A DNA stretch of 64,000 bases. Source: an uncultured bacterium (GTDB taxonomy: Bacteria; Patescibacteriota; Minisyncoccia; UBA6257; 2-01-FULL-56-20). The notes beneath the pieces are model-generated. The model worked only from the letters and a program-made list of their open reading frames with translations, ran no database searches and had not been told where the DNA came from. Position numbers and translations under genes: made by a program. The stretch covers positions 3,402 to 67,401 of the forward strand of contig CAWHOC010000018.1 of assembly GCA_963830935.1 (NCBI GenBank), written 5' to 3'. Shown piece by piece: positions 39,588-50,078 of the stretch; the stretch's first letter is position 1, and each line of letters starts with the position of its first letter.

Positions 39588-40071
39588 TTGAATTGGCTAT
39601 CGTGGCCGTTCTGATCGGCTTGTTGATATTCTGGTATTACCAACCACACCGTTCGGATACGATCACACAAACTTCCAACACATCTGGTACCCGAGTCTAG
39701 TTCTCCCGAGTTTGTCATACCGGAATGGGGTGTCCAATTTCAACTACCTCAGGATATGAAAGACCTAACATATTCAGTGAACCTGGAGAGGGGTATAGCC
39801 TCTTTTTCCACGCAACAATTACAAAATATAGATCCCGGTTGTTCTCCGGCGAACGATGCCATTGGAACACTGGGGCGTTCGCCGCTTGACCCTAAGACCT
39901 TCGTGAATTCTTCCCCGCGTATCAGCTCATCGAGGGATACGAATATCGCTTTATAGAGAGAAATTCTGGATCCTGCTCCACGGACACTACGGCGGCCGTA
40001 TTGGCAATCCACCAAGAAATGGAATTGGAAAATGCTATCACCCAGACATTACAACCGGTGACAGCGCCATA
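39588..40071 (+). pseudogene. hypothetical secreted/anchored protein, about 2 frame changes
   Basis: VFVLELAIVAVLIGLLIFWYY (TM) | SSPEFVIPEWGVQFQLPQDMKDLTYSV.. | ..YQLIEGYEYRFIERNSGSCSTD... Confidence 0.35.
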
Positions 40072-40083
40072 GCTATAACATTA

Positions 40084-40929
40084 ATGGAAAACGAACAACA
40101 ACCGATCACGAACGTGCCAGCAAGAGCACATGGCAATACATGGCGAAGCATTGGCAAGCGACGACGGCCTGCGTCCTTGTGGCTGCAGCGGTTGCCGTCA
40201 TCGGATTGTTCAGCAATATTCCCCAGCTCTTCATCGTCACCTTTATCATATTGGTCATCGGATATGCCGAGTAAATTCACTTGTCGAAACGGAGTTCATT
40301 AAACAATTTGCTACCGCTAACGGCTATTCTTTTTCGTCCAAAGGGAATCCGGCGGAGATGACCGGCGCGCTATTCCGGGCAGGCCACAATCAAAGTATCG
40401 CGGACGTAGTGAGTGGCATGTATCAGGGATATCTTATCCAATTATTTCTCTATTCATATGTCATCGGATATGGCAAGGGCGCGCATACGTATATCTACAG
40501 TGTTTTCAGGTTACAGTTCGACACCGAAATGCCAGACCTCTTTTTGGAGCAGAAGAATATCCAGTGCAGGGCCTTGTTCTAAGTGGCTTTGGAGGAGGAA
40601 AGGAACTTGTGTCGCTTGAAGGAGATTTCAATAAATATTTCAAATTGAGCGTCCCGAAAGGATACGAAGTTAAGGCACTTGAAGTGTTCACGCCCGATGT
40701 CATGGCGACTCTGATCGATAAATGCAAATTCTTCAACGTGGAGATTGCCGGCACAAATATCTATTCATATATTCACCTGGTGCGGTCGGGAGGGAAGATG
40801 TTTTAACCGAGGTTCTATGGCGTCGCGCAATACTTTGCGCAGGAGCTGGCCCGGTACTTTGTGCGCATGAAAGCCACACTCGTGGCAGAGCAGGGTATTA
40901 TACAGCCGCCAGCCGCTGGAGCCGTATAA
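40084..40929 (+). pseudogene. membrane protein, DUF3137-like (tentative), several frame changes
   Basis: TM ACVLVAAAVAVIGLFSNIPQLFIVTFIILVIG, then ..ETEFIKQFATANGYSFS..GMYQGYLIQLFLYSY..VSLEGDFNKYFKLSVPKGYEVKALEVFTPDVMATLID, reminiscent of the DUF3137 pattern. Confidence 0.35.
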
Positions 40930-40948
40930 AAAAGGGGAGCGTGATATA

Positions 40949-41467
40949 ATGAAAGCAATGGAAAAAGTTGCCATGAAGAACCGCATGATGTTCTTTGGCG
41001 GCACGGCGAGCGTGAGCGTGGTCGCTGTTTTATTTTTTTAATCGCTGCCATAGCCGCCAGCGCCCCAAGCGGCGCTCGCGTACGCGGTCGGCTCGAACCC
41101 GACGAACATTACTCCCAGCACTTCGATCGGCAGCAGTAGTACCTTCGATATCGGAAATTCGCTCCAAAATCTCGTTTCGCCGTTCACCAATTTCTTCGGC
41201 AGCTTGAAGTTGAACAGTAACAACAATACGACGATAAATTCGGGCGGCCAGACGGCGGCCGGGTCGTCAAGTTTCGATTTCATGCCGACTGTCTCGAATG
41301 GCGCGCAAAACATCTTGAGCCAATGGTTAAGCCAGTTTGACAATTGGTTCTACGGAGTGAGCGGGGTGCGCCTGTCCGGAATATTCTACGTGCTCCTGAA
41401 CGCGATCTCATGGACGCTCGGACTGGCACAGCGGGTGGTGAACTGGCTGTTGGGATTGTTCCATTAA
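40949..41467 (+). pseudogene. hypothetical secreted/TM protein with two close in-frame stops or compensating indels
   Basis: M(KAM)EKVAMKNRMMFFGGTASVSVVAVLFF * SLP * PPAPQAALAYAVGSNP..SQWLSQFDNWFYGVSGVRLSGIFYVLLNAISW... TAA at 41039 and TAG at 41051. The alternative frame between them reads LIAAIAAS. Confidence 0.4.
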
Positions 41468-41477
41468 TAAATAATTT

Positions 41478-43021
41478 ATGTGCGGAATATCTGCGATCTT
41501 TGGCGAAGAAAAAGACAAAGAAGCAAAATTAAAACTCTCGCTCTCTAAGATCGCTCATCGCGGCGATCCTGACATCAATTTGAATATCAAATTTTTGACC
41601 ATGGCGCACTGGGAGTAGATCGCTCGCTATTGTAGATAGGCAATCCAGTAAGCAGCCGCAATCCGGCGAGCACGGAGAAGTGTCGGTAATATTCAACGGC
41701 GAGATATTCAACTTCAAAGAACTGACCGACCGACTCCGCTCATTGGGCCATACGTTTACGACGACGGGGGATACGGAAGTGCTTGCCCATCTCTGGGAGC
41801 AATATCACGAAAGGATGGTTCGAGCTGGATTCGGAAATGTTCGCATTTCTTATATTTGATAAAGAAACGAACGAAATATTTGCCACGCGGGATCGGATTG
41901 GCGTAAAACCGCTCTATTACGCTTTTGATAAGGACGATACCATGTACCTCGCGTCGAGATCAAGGCGCTGGTTTGTTTTGAAGATCTGAATGAAATTCAC
42001 GAATTCCTCCGGGAAGTTATTACTTCAAGAGCAAGTTTAGAAAATATTTTTGATTTTGAAAATACGCAGGGGAGTGCCGTGGATAAAAATATGTTTCACG
42101 ATCTCCTGGAAAGCGCAGTGAAAAAACGCGTTCAAACCGAACTGCCCATCGCGGTATTCCTGAGCGGTGGCGTGGATAGCAGTTTAGTGATGGAACTCGC
42201 AACGCGTTTCCATAAAGATGTCACTGCGCTCATCTTAGGCACACCGGATTCGGCCGATTACATGAACGCCATCAGATTGTGCAAAGAAAAAGATTGGAAA
42301 TATAAAGCGATCGAGCCGAAGATCGATTACGAAAAAGATCTATCCGATATTGTTTATTTTGTGGAATCGTACGATCCGAATATTGTTCGCCATTCATTTG
42401 CCAACGACGCGATATCAAAATTGGCACACGAAGCTCCGATCAAAAGTTGTCCTGACCGGCGAGGGTGCCGACGAGCTATTCGCCGGATATAACGAATTCC
42501 TCGAAATGGAAAAACGAAAGATCGATCTTGGATGTAAACTGCTTTTGACGTCCATGTCTAAAGGAAATCTTATGCGCGTCGATAAAATGGCGATGAGATA
42601 TACCGTGGAGATCCGCTGTCCGTTTTTTGATCAAAAAATTGTGGAGGCCGCGATATCTATGGACCCTTCATTAAAGATCGGCGAACACGATGGAAAACAA
42701 TTTACCAAGTTTATCCTAAGAAAAGCCGCCGCGCATTACATTCCGGAATATAGCGCGTGGAGGGACAAAATGCCGTTCGCGAACGGCGCTGGGATGGATA
42801 TTGGGGTCAACTATAAGAGGGCGGATGGTATTTTGGGCAAAATAGCGGAACGGACCGTCTCGGACGAACAATTCAAAAAAATCCAACGCGACGCTCCGGA
42901 ATATAAATTAGAAACTAAGGAAGAGGTGATGCTATTTAATTTGTACCGATTATTCGGATACGATCGATTTGTTGAAGGAAGGGAACGATTGATAGTGAAA
43001 GACACATTATTAACGGTTTAG
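41478..43021 (+). pseudogene. asnB: asparagine synthase (glutamine-hydrolysing)-like protein, many frame changes in the N-terminal half
   Basis: MCGISAIFG (Ntn Cys2), ..FNGEIFNFKEL..GDTEVL..RDRIGVKPLYY.. and the synthetase domain FLSGGVDSSLV..LTGEGADELFAGY. ORF 42350..43021 is intact. Confidence 0.75.
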
Positions 43022-43151
43022 AGGTATAAAGGCCTTTTCAGCTATCTATCTGTTACAAAAGAATTAATGGACGACAGATGAGGTTTCTAAAGACCTCTAT
43101 TCCCTCGCATCTTCCATAACACCCGCAGTTCAGGCACAATGATTTCATACC

Positions 43152-43797
43152 ATGAAGAATGTACTACTGATCCTCCTTGTGATTTTGGTGATCGCAATCG
43201 GTTTTGATCTGGTCGCCACCGTCGCAAAAGCGTTTGACTCGGGATCATTTTCGTCGCTTTTTCCGGGACTCCCCTCCGCGGGCAATTTCGGTGGCGCCAT
43301 CGGTGGCCTGAAATCCATCAACTTCAACATCTTCGACAAGGGCGGCGACGGATATAAGTACATCACGCAGGGTTACGGCCGCACGCCGTGGTCGTACATG
43401 TACATCGACGGCTGGCATAACGGCATCGACATCGCCGCGGATTACGGTGCGCCCATCTACTCGCCCACCGACGGCATCGTCATCGCGACGGGCGACCAGG
43501 ACAATTATTGTCCGCGCCGCGCGTTCGGCCGCTTCGTCGTCGTGGAAGACGATACGAATCATCTCGTCCTGATGTTCGCGCACCTCGCCGACATTCCCGT
43601 CACGCCGCTCGAGGTGGTAAAGAAAGGGCGGTTTGATCGGCACCGTCGGCGCGAGCGGCGACGAGACGGGCACGCATCTCCATTTTTCAATTTTCCAAAG
43701 CGGCACGTTCAGCATGGCGCCGGCACACGGCTGTGGTCCCTACCCGCAAGGCCACGACGTGGACCCGCTCGATTACTTGGGGACGACATACCAATGA
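43152..43797 (+). pseudogene. M23-family metallopeptidase (peptidoglycan DD-endopeptidase-like), one frame change
   Basis: N-terminal TM, HNGIDIAADYGAPIYSPTDGIV..FVVVEDD..LVLMFAHL.. | GQLIGTVGASGDETGTHLHFSIF. The listed 351-aa ORF fuses it artificially to the next gene. Confidence 0.8.
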
Positions 43798-44207
43798 ATG
43801 CACGCGTACGCGGAATTATTATTGACGACGATAAGATCGCTTTGATCGAAAGGGTAAAACCGGATCGGACCTATTACATTTTTCCGGGTGGCGGCGTTGA
43901 GCCCGGCGAAAATCATTCGCAAGCATTGCAGCGTGAGATGAAAGAAGAGCTCGGCATCGATGTCAGTGTCGGCAATCGCTTCGGCGAACATCACGCCACC
44001 GCTTCCGACGGGCAGGAGCTGGTCAACTATTTTTACCTCTGTAAACAAACCGGAGGCACGTTCGGAACCGGCGACGGACCGGAGTATCAACCGAACACTC
44101 CCTATGCCGTGGACGGCACGCATGATCCGGTGTGGGTTCCCCTCTCAAAACTTCCCGAAATAAATTTACAACCGGAGGATATCAAGAAACTTGTCATGGG
44201 GTTATAA
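43794..44207 (+). CDS. NUDIX hydrolase
   Basis: MNARVRGIIIDDDKIALI..PGGGVEPGENHSQALQREMKEELGI (complete NUDIX box). The start overlaps the M23 stop. Confidence 0.8.
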   Translation: MNARVRGIIIDDDKIALIERVKPDRTYYIFPGGGVEPGENHSQALQREMKEELGIDVSVGNRFGEHHATASDGQELVNYFYLCKQTGGTFGTGDGPEYQPNTPYAVDGTHDPVWVPLSKLPEINLQPEDIKKLVMGL

Positions 44208-44218
44208 TATAACCAACC

Positions 44219-45595
44219 ATGAAACCAAACGTTCATTTCATCGGCATCGGCGGGATTGGGATGAGCGGTTTGGCCCGCTATTTTCTTGCTCATGGATGGC
44301 GTGTTTCTGGCTCCGACGCCGCTAAAGGCGTAATGACGCAGGAGCTCATAAAAGAGGGCGTACGGGTCAAAATTGGGCATAAAAAGGGCAATATACCGGC
44401 CGGGACGGGCCTAGTTATCTATAATAGGGCGGTTCCCGCCGATAACCCCGAATTGGCCGCGGCGGAGCGGGCTGCGCGAGGTCAAAAGGGGCTCGTCGTT
44501 CTCCCCTATTCCCAGGCGCTCGGACGGATCACGGAAGAGTACGAGACGATCGCCATCACGGGTTCGCACGGCAAGAGCACGACGACAGCGCTCGCCGGAC
44601 TCGCGCTCACACGCGCCGGACTCGATCCGACCATCTTGGTCGGCACAAAATTGACGGATCTTGGCGGGAAAAATATCCGGATCGGACGCGGGCCGTACCT
44701 CGTGCTCGAGGCCGATGATTTCCATGCCGCATTTTTGGATTATTCTCCCGCCATCGCGATCGTGACGAACATCGATCGCGAGCATATGGATTTTTATAAA
44801 ACATTTGCGAACGTCAAGCGCGCATTTTTGAAATTTCTTGCACGAACACGGCGCGGCGGCACACTGATCCTGAACCGCGACAACGTGCCGCTCTATTCTT
44901 TGCGCACGGCGATCGCGCATCTGGCAAAGAAGCGTGAGTTGAAGGTAATATGGTTCTCTCTGCGTGGCGCGGACGCAGCAACGGCGCGAAAGATAAAAAG
45001 ATAATTCCGATCCCGGGCGAGCACAATATTTCGAACGCGCTCGCGGTCATGGCGCTCGGCAAAGTATTAAAAATTCCTGAAAAGAAAATCTTCGACCGCG
45101 ATCGGTTCGTACCGCGGCGCGTGGCGCCGGATGGAGCTCAAAGGAACATTAAAAAATACTAAAATCCTTGTCTATGACGATTATGCCCATCATCCGACAG
45201 AGATCCGCGCGACGCTCGCGGCGTTCAGAGAAAAATTTCCCCACTCCCCGATCTTCTGCATCTTTCAGCCGCACCAGGCAAAGCGCCTCAATATTCTTTT
45301 CAAGGACTTCGTCGGTGCCTTCGACACGGCCGACATCGTGTTCATCCTCCCGCTCTACAAAGTGCTCGGCCGCGACGAGAAGTTCGCGCACGACTCCGCG
45401 GCGCTCGTGCGGGTAATGCAAAAGCGCTCGCCGGGCAAACTGATATTTTATCTCGAACATCCGGAGAAGATCCGCGCCGCCGTTCAAACCATCTTAAAGA
45501 ATCTGCCGCCACAAAAAGGGCTCCCCCGCTCCCCCGTTCTCGTGATGATGGGCGCCGGCGACATTTCCGACCTTACCGTAAAGCTGTTGAAATAA
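44219..45595 (+). pseudogene. murC: UDP-N-acetylmuramate--L-alanine ligase, 2-3 frame changes
   Basis: VHFIGIGGIGMSGLARYF..ITGSHGKSTTTA..VLEADDFHAAFL..IVTNIDREHMD | IPGEHNISNALA | ..VYDDYAHHPTEI..FQPH. Confidence 0.85.
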
Positions 45596-45619
45596 TTTAT
45601 TACGTCACACTCACCACAC

Positions 45620-46393
45620 ATGTCACTCTTCGACGAATTCAAAGATGTGAACGATTTCAAGGAGCAGTGCGGATACACGATCGACGGCGACTGGTATCCG
45701 CGCGTCACAAAGATCGTGACGATCAAGGCCAAGCCCGCGCTCTACTATTATTACGGCGAGGCCAAGAGTTATCGTGCGGCGAAGGAATCGACGGAGCGCT
45801 CGGCGGCGGAAGGAACGATGCTGCACGAGGCAGTGGAGGGATTGCTGCTCGGCAAGACCGATGAGATCCCGAAAGCGGTGACGCCAGCCGTGCGCGCGTT
45901 CCAGGATTTTTTCGAGAAGAACCACATCCATGTAACGCCGGAACTCGTGGAACGCCGCATCGTGAACCGCGACCATCGCTACGCGGGCACGGTGGACGCG
46001 ATCGCGCGGATCGGCGGCAAGCTCGGTGTGTTGGACATCAAGACCTCACAGTCGATCTATCGCGACTACTGTCTGCAGACCTCGGCGTATATGGACGCGC
46101 TCAAAAATGAATTTGAGGATCTCTCCACACGCTGGATCTTGAAAATTGATCAAGTGCAAAAATGTTTGCGTTGCGGCGCGATCCGACGTGTGAAGGGCGG
46201 CCGGGAAAAGATAAAGACCGATTGGAAAGACCGAACCCAGCGTGAGTGCCTGCATGAGTGGGGCGAACTCTACGGCGATATCGAGCTCAAGGAATTCCCC
46301 TCCTGGCACGACGACTTTACCGCGTTCCTTGGCGCCAAGCGGCTGTGGGAATGGGAGAACGAGGAATGGCTCAAAAAGGCCGCATATCTCTAG
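45620..46393 (+). CDS. PD-(D/E)XK-superfamily nuclease-like protein with a Cys/His insert
   Basis: Intact 257 aa. GTVDAIARIGGKLGVLDIKTSQS (D..D-x-K) and QTSAY motifs. Insert CLRCG..ECLHEW. Confidence 0.55.
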   Translation: MSLFDEFKDVNDFKEQCGYTIDGDWYPRVTKIVTIKAKPALYYYYGEAKSYRAAKESTERSAAEGTMLHEAVEGLLLGKTDEIPKAVTPAVRAFQDFFEKNHIHVTPELVERRIVNRDHRYAGTVDAIARIGGKLGVLDIKTSQSIYRDYCLQTSAYMDALKNEFEDLSTRWILKIDQVQKCLRCGAIRRVKGGREKIKTDWKDRTQRECLHEWGELYGDIELKEFPSWHDDFTAFLGAKRLWEWENEEWLKKAAYL

Positions 46394-46556
46394 CTTTTCT
46401 GTAACTTTCCACAGGTCCCGCCGTACTATAAAATAGTTCGGTATACTTATCTGACTGGGACAGACGCGTTTGAAAGGTCGAAATTCATAGACGTTGCCTC
46501 CCGGAATAAACGAGAAACGTGAGTGTTAATAAAAATAACTATACCTCTCTTACATC

Positions 46557-46850
46557 ATGTCAAAAACAGGAAAAATAATTATGTGGGTGGTCATTGCGGT
46601 GATCGTGATCGGCGGAATTTGGTGGTGGTGGGCCGCGAGCCAAACTGGTGAGCCGGCAATGAATTCGAACAGCTACGGCAATACTCCGGCAACGAGCACG
46701 GGCTCCACGACGGGTGCGACAACGACCGACTCGGATCAGGCGATCAACCAGGATATGACGAGTGTGGACGCGCAGATGAACGGGTTGAGCTCGGACAACG
46801 CGAGCGTGACCCAGAGTATGAACGATCAGCCGGTGCAGCAGGCGCAATAA
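46557..46850 (+). CDS. small TM-anchored Thr/Ser/Asn-rich protein
   Basis: MSKTGKIIMWVVIAVIVIGGIWWWW, then a low-complexity polar tail. Confidence 0.4.
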   Translation: MSKTGKIIMWVVIAVIVIGGIWWWWAASQTGEPAMNSNSYGNTPATSTGSTTGATTTDSDQAINQDMTSVDAQMNGLSSDNASVTQSMNDQPVQQAQ

Positions 46851-46878
46851 CGCGCACGAACCTAATCATTAAAAAATC

Positions 46879-47747
46879 ATGAATAAAAAATATCTAACGA
46901 TCATCGCTTCGGTCGGCGCCGCACTTGCGATCGTCGCAGCGCGGCGTTCCCCGCTCTTACCCAGGCCGTCGGGTTTGGATTGGGAGCGAACGCTAACGCA
47001 TCGGCGTCGGTTTCCGCGCTTGGCATAAAGGTGGGCGCCGCCGTTGGCGCAACGCTCGCCGCGCGGATGAAAGACATCACAACGCGCGCCGACAATGAGA
47101 TCACGCGCCGCATGAACGCTTTGAATGCGCTCAGCGCTCGCGTGAACGCCATGGTGCGCTTGTCGGCGACCGATAAGAGCAATCTCTCAACGTCCATAGC
47201 GAGCCAGATAACCGCGATGAACACGTTGCAGGCGCAGGTCGCGGCGGACGCGGCGGCGAACAACACGAGCAGCTTGAAGACCGACGTGAAGTCCATTACT
47301 TCGTCATACCGCATCTTCATCCTTGTGCTCCCACAAGGAGCGATCGAGGCGGCATCCGACCGAGTGCTCACGATCGTAAGCACTATGAACGACCTCGGCA
47401 CCAAGTTCTCGGCGCGGATCAGCGCGGCGGCAACCGCCGGCAATGACGTGACGGCGGCACAAGCGTCGCTCACCGACTTCAACGCGAAGGTCGCGGACGC
47501 GAACACGCAGGCGACCGCAGCGGCATCGGAAGTGGCTTCGCTCACGCCGGATAACGGCAACACCACAGTGGAGGCCTCCAACACCGCGGCGTTGAAAGAC
47601 GCGCACTCTAAGATACTTGCAGCTCAGCAGGATTTTGTGACCGCCCGCGCTGACGCGATGGCGATCATCAATGACCTCGCAGGGTTCAAGGTCTCGGCGG
47701 CGGCAAGCGCGAACGCCACTGCGACCGCATCAACGAGCGCGTACTAG
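46879..47747 (+). pseudogene. secreted Ala-rich alpha-helical hypothetical protein, one frame change near 46930
   Basis: Signal-like MNKKYLTIIASVGAALAIV, then ORF 46980..47747 with long helical Ala/Thr-rich repeats. Confidence 0.45.
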
Positions 47748-47766
47748 TGTAAAAAAAACAAAAAAA

Positions 47767-47828
47767 GAAGCCCTGTTCTTTGCCGAACGGTCATCTGCTG
47801 GGAGGCAAAGAACAGGGCTTCTTTTTAT
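47767..47828. terminator. bidirectional intrinsic terminator between convergent genes
   Basis: Perfect 18-bp stem GAAGCCCTGTTCTTTGCC (47767-47784) / GGCAAAGAACAGGGCTTC (47804-47821), with an A-run before and a T-run after. Confidence 0.7.
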
Positions 47829-48520
47829 TGCCACACGGTCGCGACCGGTACGGTCGAAGAGCTCGCGATGTTCGGCAAGCTCGATGATGTTTCCGCAATG
47901 GTGCCGACCTCCGCGGTCCACGCACTGCTTGAGGAGTTCAATCCGTTAAAGATCAGCGTACTGCTCCCCAACGGGCCGGGAGAACAACCATAGTTGGCTG
48001 CGACACCCTCGGCGGTGATGGGCAATGTGCCGGTGAACGGCGTACAGAGCGTGCCATCGGCGAGCTGTATGAGCCACGCCCAGTCGGACGGCGGAGTGCC
48101 GGGCGGGATCGTGGGCGTCGGAAGCGGCTTGGTAAGTTTGAGCACAAACGTGGAAGTGGAGTTGAGCAGGATGGGATTCACGTTGCACAACAAGCTGCCC
48201 GTGCTGTTCGGGATTTGGAAGCACGGATCACTGATATTATTGCCCACCGTGCAACGCCACGCGTCGACGCGGAACGGCGCGGCGATGGAGTTCGTCCAAC
48301 AGGAACCGTTCTCGACCGGCGTGGAACTTGCCGGCGCGGCGGGAACGTACGCGATGACCTGCGTCGCGGGCGTCACTGGGGCGCTTTGCGAAGACGTGGA
48401 CGTGGTTTGATTCCCTGCATTGGGATTTATTGTGGAAGGATTCGCAAAGAATTGCCCGACGCCGAACAGCACGACCAGCGCGAGTACCACTACGACAATT
48501 ACTTTATTGGTCTTATTCAT
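47825..48520 (-). CDS. secreted Cys-containing hypothetical protein
   Basis: Intact 231 aa. N-terminal anchor VIVVVVLALVVLFGV, a Thr/Ser/Pro linker and eight Cys. No family recognised. Confidence 0.45.
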   Translation of the reverse strand: MNKTNKVIVVVVLALVVLFGVGQFFANPSTINPNAGNQTTSTSSQSAPVTPATQVIAYVPAAPASSTPVENGSCWTNSIAAPFRVDAWRCTVGNNISDPCFQIPNSTGSLLCNVNPILLNSTSTFVLKLTKPLPTPTIPPGTPPSDWAWLIQLADGTLCTPFTGTLPITAEGVAANYGCSPGPLGSSTLIFNGLNSSSSAWTAEVGTIAETSSSLPNIASSSTVPVATVWQ

Positions 48521-48540
48521 GATCGGAAACTACATTAAAA

Positions 48541-49263
48541 TTACATAAATTTGAACGTGCCGACGATGTTCTGCATCACCGAATCGATCTGCTGTTCGCT
48601 GAACGGCTGCAGGTTATATGACGCAGGATAATTCGCGATCTGGCCCGAATGGACGGTGTATTCCACCGCGTAACATTTGCCGGCATGGAGGGTGCGGTAA
48701 CTCGTCGTCTCGTAATAATTTCCCGCGCCGGCGTCGGCCGATTTGAAAACGGTAAAGTTGATGCCGTTGATCGTTGCGCTCGAAGTTGCGGTTGCCGGTC
48801 CCCCGCTCTGATCGGGCGTAAGACATGCCGCGATGGCAATGTTATTGGCGCTCGCGCCGACGGTAAGCGTCGCGTCAACGAAGTTGGTCTGCGGCTCGAA
48901 CGCGCGCGGGACGGTCAACGTGAAATATTTCACCCCGGACGCGTTGGCATTCAAACGCCAGTCGGTCGATGGCGCGGCGGAATAATTATCCTGCGTGTCA
49001 AAATCTAGCGGGTACGCAATGCTGAAACCGCCGGAGGTATTATTGGAATCGCTCTGCCATGCGGAAGGATCACTGTAGTAAGAAGTGCCGACACCGGAGA
49101 CGGTTGACGTGGCCGCCGCGGCGATCGTCGACGTTTGCCCGATTGCCGCAACCGTTTTGCCGTATTGCGTTCCGTAATAAAACCCGATGAACGGCAACGC
49201 CACAAAAAGTGCCAGAGCAATGAACTTGGAGTACCACGTCACTTTATTCCATTCGATCTTCAT
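48541..49263 (-). CDS. secreted/anchored hypothetical protein
   Basis: Intact 240 aa. N-terminal TM FIALALFVALPFIGFYY and a Thr/Ser/Ala-rich region. No family recognised. Confidence 0.45.
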   Translation of the reverse strand: MKIEWNKVTWYSKFIALALFVALPFIGFYYGTQYGKTVAAIGQTSTIAAAATSTVSGVGTSYYSDPSAWQSDSNNTSGGFSIAYPLDFDTQDNYSAAPSTDWRLNANASGVKYFTLTVPRAFEPQTNFVDATLTVGASANNIAIAACLTPDQSGGPATATSSATINGINFTVFKSADAGAGNYYETTSYRTLHAGKCYAVEYTVHSGQIANYPASYNLQPFSEQQIDSVMQNIVGTFKFM

Positions 49264-49299
49264 ATTGATAGTATACTCCTCTTTAGGCGTCCGCGCCCA

Positions 49300-50046
49300 T
49301 TATACCTGTATCTTCGAGAAGAAGTAGCTGCCGAGGCCAAGGAACACCGCAGTGATGACGGCAAGCACGGCAAAGTCGAGACCGAGCCCGAAGCTTCCGG
49401 TGTTCGCGAGGAGGATGCGAAACGAATCGATGCCATACGAAAGCGGATCGAACTTGACGATCCCCTCGAGGACCGCGGGCAGACCGCTCAACGGGAAGAG
49501 CGCGCCGGAGAGGAAGAAGAGCGGCATCACGAGGAAGTTCATGATGAGCTGGAAGCCCTGCATGTCATTGAGTAGTGATCCGATCATCGAGCCAAGCGCG
49601 GCAAAGAGCAGTGCGACGAGCAGCATAAAAACGATTGCGACGGGCACGAGCGCCCAACTGTACGGGCGGAACCCGAAAATCGTGACGAGGATGAGCACCA
49701 GCAATCCCTGCATGGTGGCGACGGTGGCGCCGCCGAGCGTGCGGCCGATCATGATGTTCAGGCGGTTTACGGGCGCGACGAGCGTCTCTTTAAGGAAACC
49801 GAACTGACGGTCCCAGATGATCTGGATGCCGGAAAAGATGGCGGTGAAGATGATGCTCATACCGATGATACCCGGCGCGAGGAATGTAAAATAGTTTCCC
49901 TCCCCCGCTTTCGCGAACACCGAGCCGAGGCCGTAGCCAAGCGCAAGCAAAAAGAGCAGCGGCTGGCCGAGCGAGCCGATAATGCGCGACTTCGAGCGGA
50001 AATAACGCTTGATCTCGCGGAGCCATAATATGTAGATCGTTTTCAT
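49300..50046 (-). CDS. ABC-2-type transporter permease
   Basis: Intact 248 aa with six TM helices. Immediately downstream of the ABC ATPase. Confidence 0.75.
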   Translation of the reverse strand: MKTIYILWLREIKRYFRSKSRIIGSLGQPLLFLLALGYGLGSVFAKAGEGNYFTFLAPGIIGMSIIFTAIFSGIQIIWDRQFGFLKETLVAPVNRLNIMIGRTLGGATVATMQGLLVLILVTIFGFRPYSWALVPVAIVFMLLVALLFAALGSMIGSLLNDMQGFQLIMNFLVMPLFFLSGALFPLSGLPAVLEGIVKFDPLSYGIDSFRILLANTGSFGLGLDFAVLAVITAVFLGLGSYFFSKIQV

Positions 50047-50078
50047 AGGATTTTAATGTTTGATATTTGATTCACGCA

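Noticed and set aside
43152-44207. The 351-aa ORF suggesting an M23 peptidase-NUDIX fusion protein.
   Set aside because: Its middle (RFDRHRRRERRRDGHASPFFNF..) is the out-of-frame reading of the conserved M23 C terminus (GQLIGTVGASGDETGTHLHFSIF). The true M23 frame stops at 43795-43797 and overlaps the NUDIX ATG at 43794, so these are two genes.
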